A DNA stretch of 64,000 nucleotides. It comes from Paraspadella gotoi (taxonomy: Eukaryota; Animalia; Chaetognatha). Under the pieces are notes generated by a model. That model saw only the letters and a program-made list of their open reading frames with translations, was not told the DNA's origin and did no database searches. Positions 61,916 to 64,000 of the stretch are shown one piece after another; within the stretch, counting starts at the first letter, position 1, and each line of letters begins with the position of its first letter. Location: the NCBI GenBank assembly GCA_051294375.1, contig CM119266.1, positions 8,580,606 through 8,644,605 on the forward strand, given 5' to 3'. Both the position numbers and the translations under genes were made by a program.

Positions 61916-63940
61916 TCAATGAGGCACCGAAGACTGACGCGACGCCGACGACTGGCGCCGCGACTTGGGCGGACTCTTCGTCGGAGGCGCCGGCGGCGGT
62001 GAGGAGGCAGACGAAGAACGAGGGGGAGATGGTTGAAAGACTCCTTCGGAAGGGAGAAGGGAGGTAGGGGGTGGTAAAGGTGAAAAAGTTGTCAAAGTTT
62101 GGGAGAGTTTATAGAGCGAAAATTAGGATGGTTAATCCGACTGGACTTTACCAGCAGCTGCACCGGCGATGGCGGCGGCTATGGCGGCGGAACCGGAACA
62201 AGGCGGCGTATTGGCGGGTATGAATGAGGCAAGAGTGGCAATTTGTAAAGCTGGTGGGAGGGAATACTTTTATTGAAGAATAATTGAAGAATAATAACAA
62301 TTATAAGCATTAAAGAATACTACTCTACTTACGTGGCACAGCACCCGGGTCCATCGAATATGCGGCCACCCTTACGACGCAGGTGCCCGCTCTTCCGGTG
62401 CAAAGGCTCGAAGTCTCCGTCCACTCATTGGCCGTCGGGTCGTAGGCCTCCACAGACTGAAAGAGAACGAGTGAACCAATAAATATTAGAAATACTACCC
62501 AAGGTCGCTGTCATATTCACCTTTAAATAATGCTGCCCGTCGTAGCCTCCGACGGCGAAGACTCTGTCTCCAAGTACGGCCACGCCCACCGCATCACGCG
62601 GGTGACGCATCGGGGCCAGAATCGTCCAAGAGTCAGAGGCGGGATCGTACCGCTCGCAGCAGCTCAGCCTGAAAAAGGCAATTTTATAAAGTTAACTTTT
62701 TAAAACAAAAGCGCCACGAAAAGCCAATATGAACAAACTTGACGGCAGAAGGCGAAGAGTTTGGTGCGTCGTGTCCACCGACGGCGTAAAGGAGTCCGTT
62801 GAGGACAGCGACGCCCACGCCGCCGCGACGTTTGTGCATCGAAGTTACGTTGGTCCATCTGCAATGTGAAGGAGGACATCGTGTCGGGAATGATTGGAAA
62901 TGTGTCGCCTAGTCGATGTTAGTAAACCACAAATAACCTGTTGGTGTGAGGGTCGTAAGACTCGGCGCTGGAGAGACACGCGCTGCCGTCTCTGCCGCCG
63001 ACGGCGAAGAGTTTCCCGCCGAGGACCGCGACTCCGCAGGTTGAGCGTGGGGAGGACATGTGGGCGATGGAGGACCACTGCCGGGTCACGGGGTCCCAGC
63101 TGGAAAGGAAAAGATCGGGAGTTGCTGCCTCAAAAAGAACTAAGGGTGTGTGTCTCTCTCTCTTTTACTTCTTATCTTACCGCTCAGCCGTGCAGAGGTA
63201 CGACCACCCGTCGTGTCCCCCAACCGCATAAAGTGGTCCCTCCAGGACGGCGACACCCAGACCGTGACGATGCGTGGACATTGCGGGTGAGGCGGCCCAA
63301 CGTTTGGCGCGGGGACAGTAGCATTCTACAGAGTTGAGGGTTTTTAGGCCGTCGCGGCCGCCAACCTTGGGGGAGGGAGAGAAAAAAGAAATATTAATTT
63401 ACGACTTAGTTTAATATTTAACTATAAATTAAAATAATTACAAACCACGTAGATTTTATCGTTTAAAACAGCGACGCCGAACTGGAGGCGTCGGCCCGAC
63501 ATGGCCGCCACTTGGGTCCATTTGTCGGTCCGGAGGTTGTAACGCTCGATTGAGGTGGAGCCTTTGGATAGAAAGAGAGATAAATTAAATATGCAAGGTG
63601 AAATCCATAAAAAAAAAAAAAAAAGCAAGAAGGGAAATTAACAATTAGGTGAAGAAGCTTACATTTAGCGGAGTCAACGCCGCCGACGGCGAAGAGATGA
63701 CCGACGGTGCTTTTTCTCGGTCGCGTCCGAGGAGACTGAAGCGTCACTCGCCGCTCGGGAAGGAGGTGGTACTGAATAAATTGATTAAACATTAATAAAC
63801 GAAACAAAATATTTAATTTTTTGATTCCGAACCTTCATGGCCTCCATGATGAGCGCCTGACACTCGCCATCGTCGGAGAAGAGAGAATTTGTCTCGATTT
63901 GGTCCACGAGGAATTGGCGAGAGAGTAGGGGCAGTTTTAC
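61916..63940 (-). CDS. KLHL5: Kelch-like protein (KLHL1/4/5 family), 3' portion; 5' end outside window
   Basis: [77 protein letters not shown]; six kelch repeats. Confidence 0.93.
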
Positions 63941-64000
63941 CTAAACATAAAATTCAGTTAAACTACTTATGTTTTTTAGATTAGAATATTTTTCCTTTCT

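Overview
AT-rich, gene-dense eukaryotic (metazoan, probably ecdysozoan-like) genomic DNA with many short spliceosomal introns and four assembly N-gaps. All gene models were built by hand from splice sites, exon phase and remembered protein families; no searches were run. One plus-strand gene (2.1-4.8 kb, divergent fibrinogen-like/unnamed invertebrate domain) is followed by about 19 minus-strand loci: a multi-exon orphan gene, three myosin essential light chains, TMEM223, SGF29, two tandem Merlin/IS1595-transposase-derived genes, MIC10, a PPCDC-like gene plus a PPCDC pseudogene, Akt, CCDC83-like, FKBP2 plus a pseudogene, prolyl 4-hydroxylase alpha, RPP30, SNRNP40 and the 3' part of a KLHL1/4/5-like gene. 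Mobile DNA includes a gap-collapsed Ty3/Gypsy element in a TMEM223 intron, two copies of a tRNA-headed SINE-like element, Penelope-type hammerhead remnants, MITE-like palindromes and a LINE fragment. Best leads: (1) a catalytically dead, domesticated Merlin transposase pair with a 21-aa C-terminus identical in protein but differing at 10 synonymous sites; (2) an intact PPCDC paralog lacking the catalytic Cys next to a dead canonical copy; (3) operon-like co-orientation with acceptor sites just upstream of ATGs; (4) relaxed splice signals and paralog-specific introns.
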